NCBI GenBank assembly: GCA_049724395.1
Contig: JAUGWO010000101.1
Location: 1-64,000, forward strand
Direction of reading: 5' to 3'
DNA from: Spongospora subterranea f. sp. subterranea
Taxonomy: Eukaryota
DNA length: 64,000 bases
Shown here one piece after another: positions 61,675 through 64,000 of the stretch. The notes beneath the pieces were generated by a model that was given only the letters and a program-made list of their open reading frames with translations, ran no database searches and was not told the origin of the DNA. The position numbers and the translations under genes are program-made. How positions within the stretch are numbered: position 1 is the first letter of the stretch; every line of letters begins with the position of its first letter.

Positions 61675-64000
61675 TGGGAATCACTTTTATATCGACCGAA
61701 CGACGACGACGACGACGACGCGCCTGTTTATCCCTTCGCACGTTCCTCCATATTCTCTGGATCGATATCGAACTCGCCTCATAAACACGGTAGTTCTGAA
61801 CCAGAGTGGTTCAGCGATGAAATCAACCGATGGCGATATTCTGTCACCATTATCCTGGACATCCTACGACGTGTTGCGACGCGCCGCCACCATCGCTGGA
61901 TATGGATCGCGACCCAACAGAAATAATCGGCACCGGTCACCGATCTGATCAACGATCAATGGCGGGGACGGGGCCGAGGACGATGGGATCGTACCCGAGA
62001 TAATTGACGGCCGTCTCGGCAAGATAACGGGCGACGAGATTGATTGGCGATGAATGTGGAATGGGAATCGGTTTGATGATGATTCGGGGATGGGAATTGG
62101 GATCACGATTGGATAGATAATGGCGAATAGCGCCCTGGATCTGAACAGATCGGTCGGAATGGATTGAGGGGGGTGATTCAGGAAGTGATTACAGTGGTGA
62201 TCGATAGGAGAACAGAACGGATTGGGGATATGTTGTGGAATATGATCTGAGGGGGAAATAAGGGATTCAGTCGTGATCAAAGGGGATTCAGTCGTGATCA
62301 CACACACACACCCGATCAAGATCGTGATCGATCGGAATATGGCCCATGGCCATTGATCACCACCGATATGTCGTTGACACAACCGGGTAAATGATCACAC
62401 AATATGGCCAGTACTCGAACACGATCACAATATCAATAGGACCAATCCAATTAGTCGTCACGATCATTATCGTCTATATATCTTTCCAACACGTTCCGCT
62501 TCGGTTCGTTTCAATTGCAATTCTAAACCAATTGATCTTCTCTAGATGAACTTCTCATGAACAGATATCCGATTGATTGACCAATAAAATATATCCGTTT
62601 TTGAATGTGATCGACCTTACACATCTCTCAACAGCACAGCTATTGTATCGACCATCTCTTTACCTATCGCCTTCTCCGATCGATAACAACATATATTGAT
62701 GACATAAACACTGATCATATCAACTCAAAATCATCTCTCATATGTCGTCCTCGTCATTGGCCGTTTATCTGTTTATTGTTGTTCTTTTGATGTCAATTGT
62801 AATTGTGTCACAATATTCTGCCATATCTGATCATCGATCTGATTCCCTTTACAGTATCCGAAATTAGAGCGGCACTGCTCCTCATTTGGAATCATTATTG
62901 AAAGTGATCAAACCGACGATACTGTTTTGATGAATCAGTAGATTGGGGAAATGTTGAGATCATTCCCAGAAATATCATTATGATGAATATGAGATCGGTG
63001 TTCGTTCTGGGTCAATGATCATGAGCAACGCTGATGGGCCCATTAATAACAAGAACACCCCTTAGCCATTGTCCATGGCCTATCATCAATTCAGCACATG
63101 TTAACGATCAGCCTGTGATATTGGATAAAGGGATTGTGTTCATTTACAGCGATTGCGACTCGACATATTTGTTTTTTTTTCATTGTCAGCAGTTTATAGT
63201 TGACATGTGGGGTGGTTTAACATCAGTTGTTGTGGTGAGGTGTTCTGCACAACCCACTCATGTCCCAAAGAAATAATTCCGGATTGTTCAGCGTCATTGT
63301 CATTATCAATGATGTCGCGATTTTCATTGGGTTTAGTGTAAGTTTTGATGGGGAAATAATAATAGGGGAGTTGAATAACAACGCTGGACATTATATCGTT
63401 ATTATGTTGACTGAGTGACGTCAGGGAATGCGATTGTTGCACATTATCACCCACCTCGATCCATGCGACAAATCACACAATAATTTAATCACACGAAGGA
63501 GATCGACCACAACAAATTTGCAATCATGATTGCAAATTTGTTGATCAGAATCACCTGTGGACCATAATGATCGATTATCTACAAGGGGAGTCGTTATTCC
63601 ACAATCAGGAACATGTCTAGACACTAGATATCGTGTTTGGCATTCTGCTAAACAAACAAGACGACAAACAATATTGGGTGGAGCAGGTGAAAGGGGGCAG
63701 ATGGCTGTCGATATCGCCATGTACAATTTGGTCAATCCTGATTGATTGTCAAAGGAATGGTCTCGGGATAGACGGGAAACGGGGACTCAATGTGATGAAT
63801 TGGGGGAAGGTGAACAGGGGGCTGAATACACCAACACCGGTGAATATCGTCACCCCATCGACAAACAGCAATGGGAACTCCAATAGAACATCGTTCGACC
63901 ACAATTCAGACAGACAAATATCATTACAGATGATATTGATGAAAACGGTCCAGGAAAACGGTTTCGGGAATGACTCATCGAACTTGAGTTTCAGGGCACC

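Noticed and set aside
61864..64000. Short ORFs near the right edge
   Set aside because: May belong to spliced genes, but no recognisable domain or reliable structure was seen.

Overview
Eukaryotic genomic DNA with short (~50-60 nt) GT-AG introns. It is probably a protist, but the taxon cannot be fixed from sequence alone. Bases 1-27 kb are a dense nest of LTR retrotransposons. Three related Ty1/Copia elements are inserted into one another, followed by three Ty3/Gypsy chromodomain-bearing elements, a fragmented fourth Copia and rearranged copies of a small non-autonomous TRIM-like element. Bases 27.8-34 kb hold a large inverted duplication. From 34.9 kb onward host genes (type I membrane protein, TPR protein, Mpv17/PMP22 protein, dephospho-CoA kinase, Gly-rich secreted protein, C11orf65/MFI-like protein) alternate with two minisatellites, a complete two-gene PIF/Harbinger element, a degenerate OTU-domain plus pogo-type transposase gene, more Gypsy/Harbinger debris and several fold-back repeats. 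The most notable signal is the Copia clade. All three members carry a 5'-leader array of the palindrome TACAC-N4-GTGTA, and two of them are inserted into the array of the third. All three have a CHHC Gag knuckle. The two with visible ends prime from anticodon-arm halves of tRNA-Lys and tRNA-Asn and have non-CA LTR 3' ends. Also notable are a TRIM with a Tf1-like self-priming layout and the OTU-pogo fusion. All alignments and motif calls were made by eye; no database searches were run.
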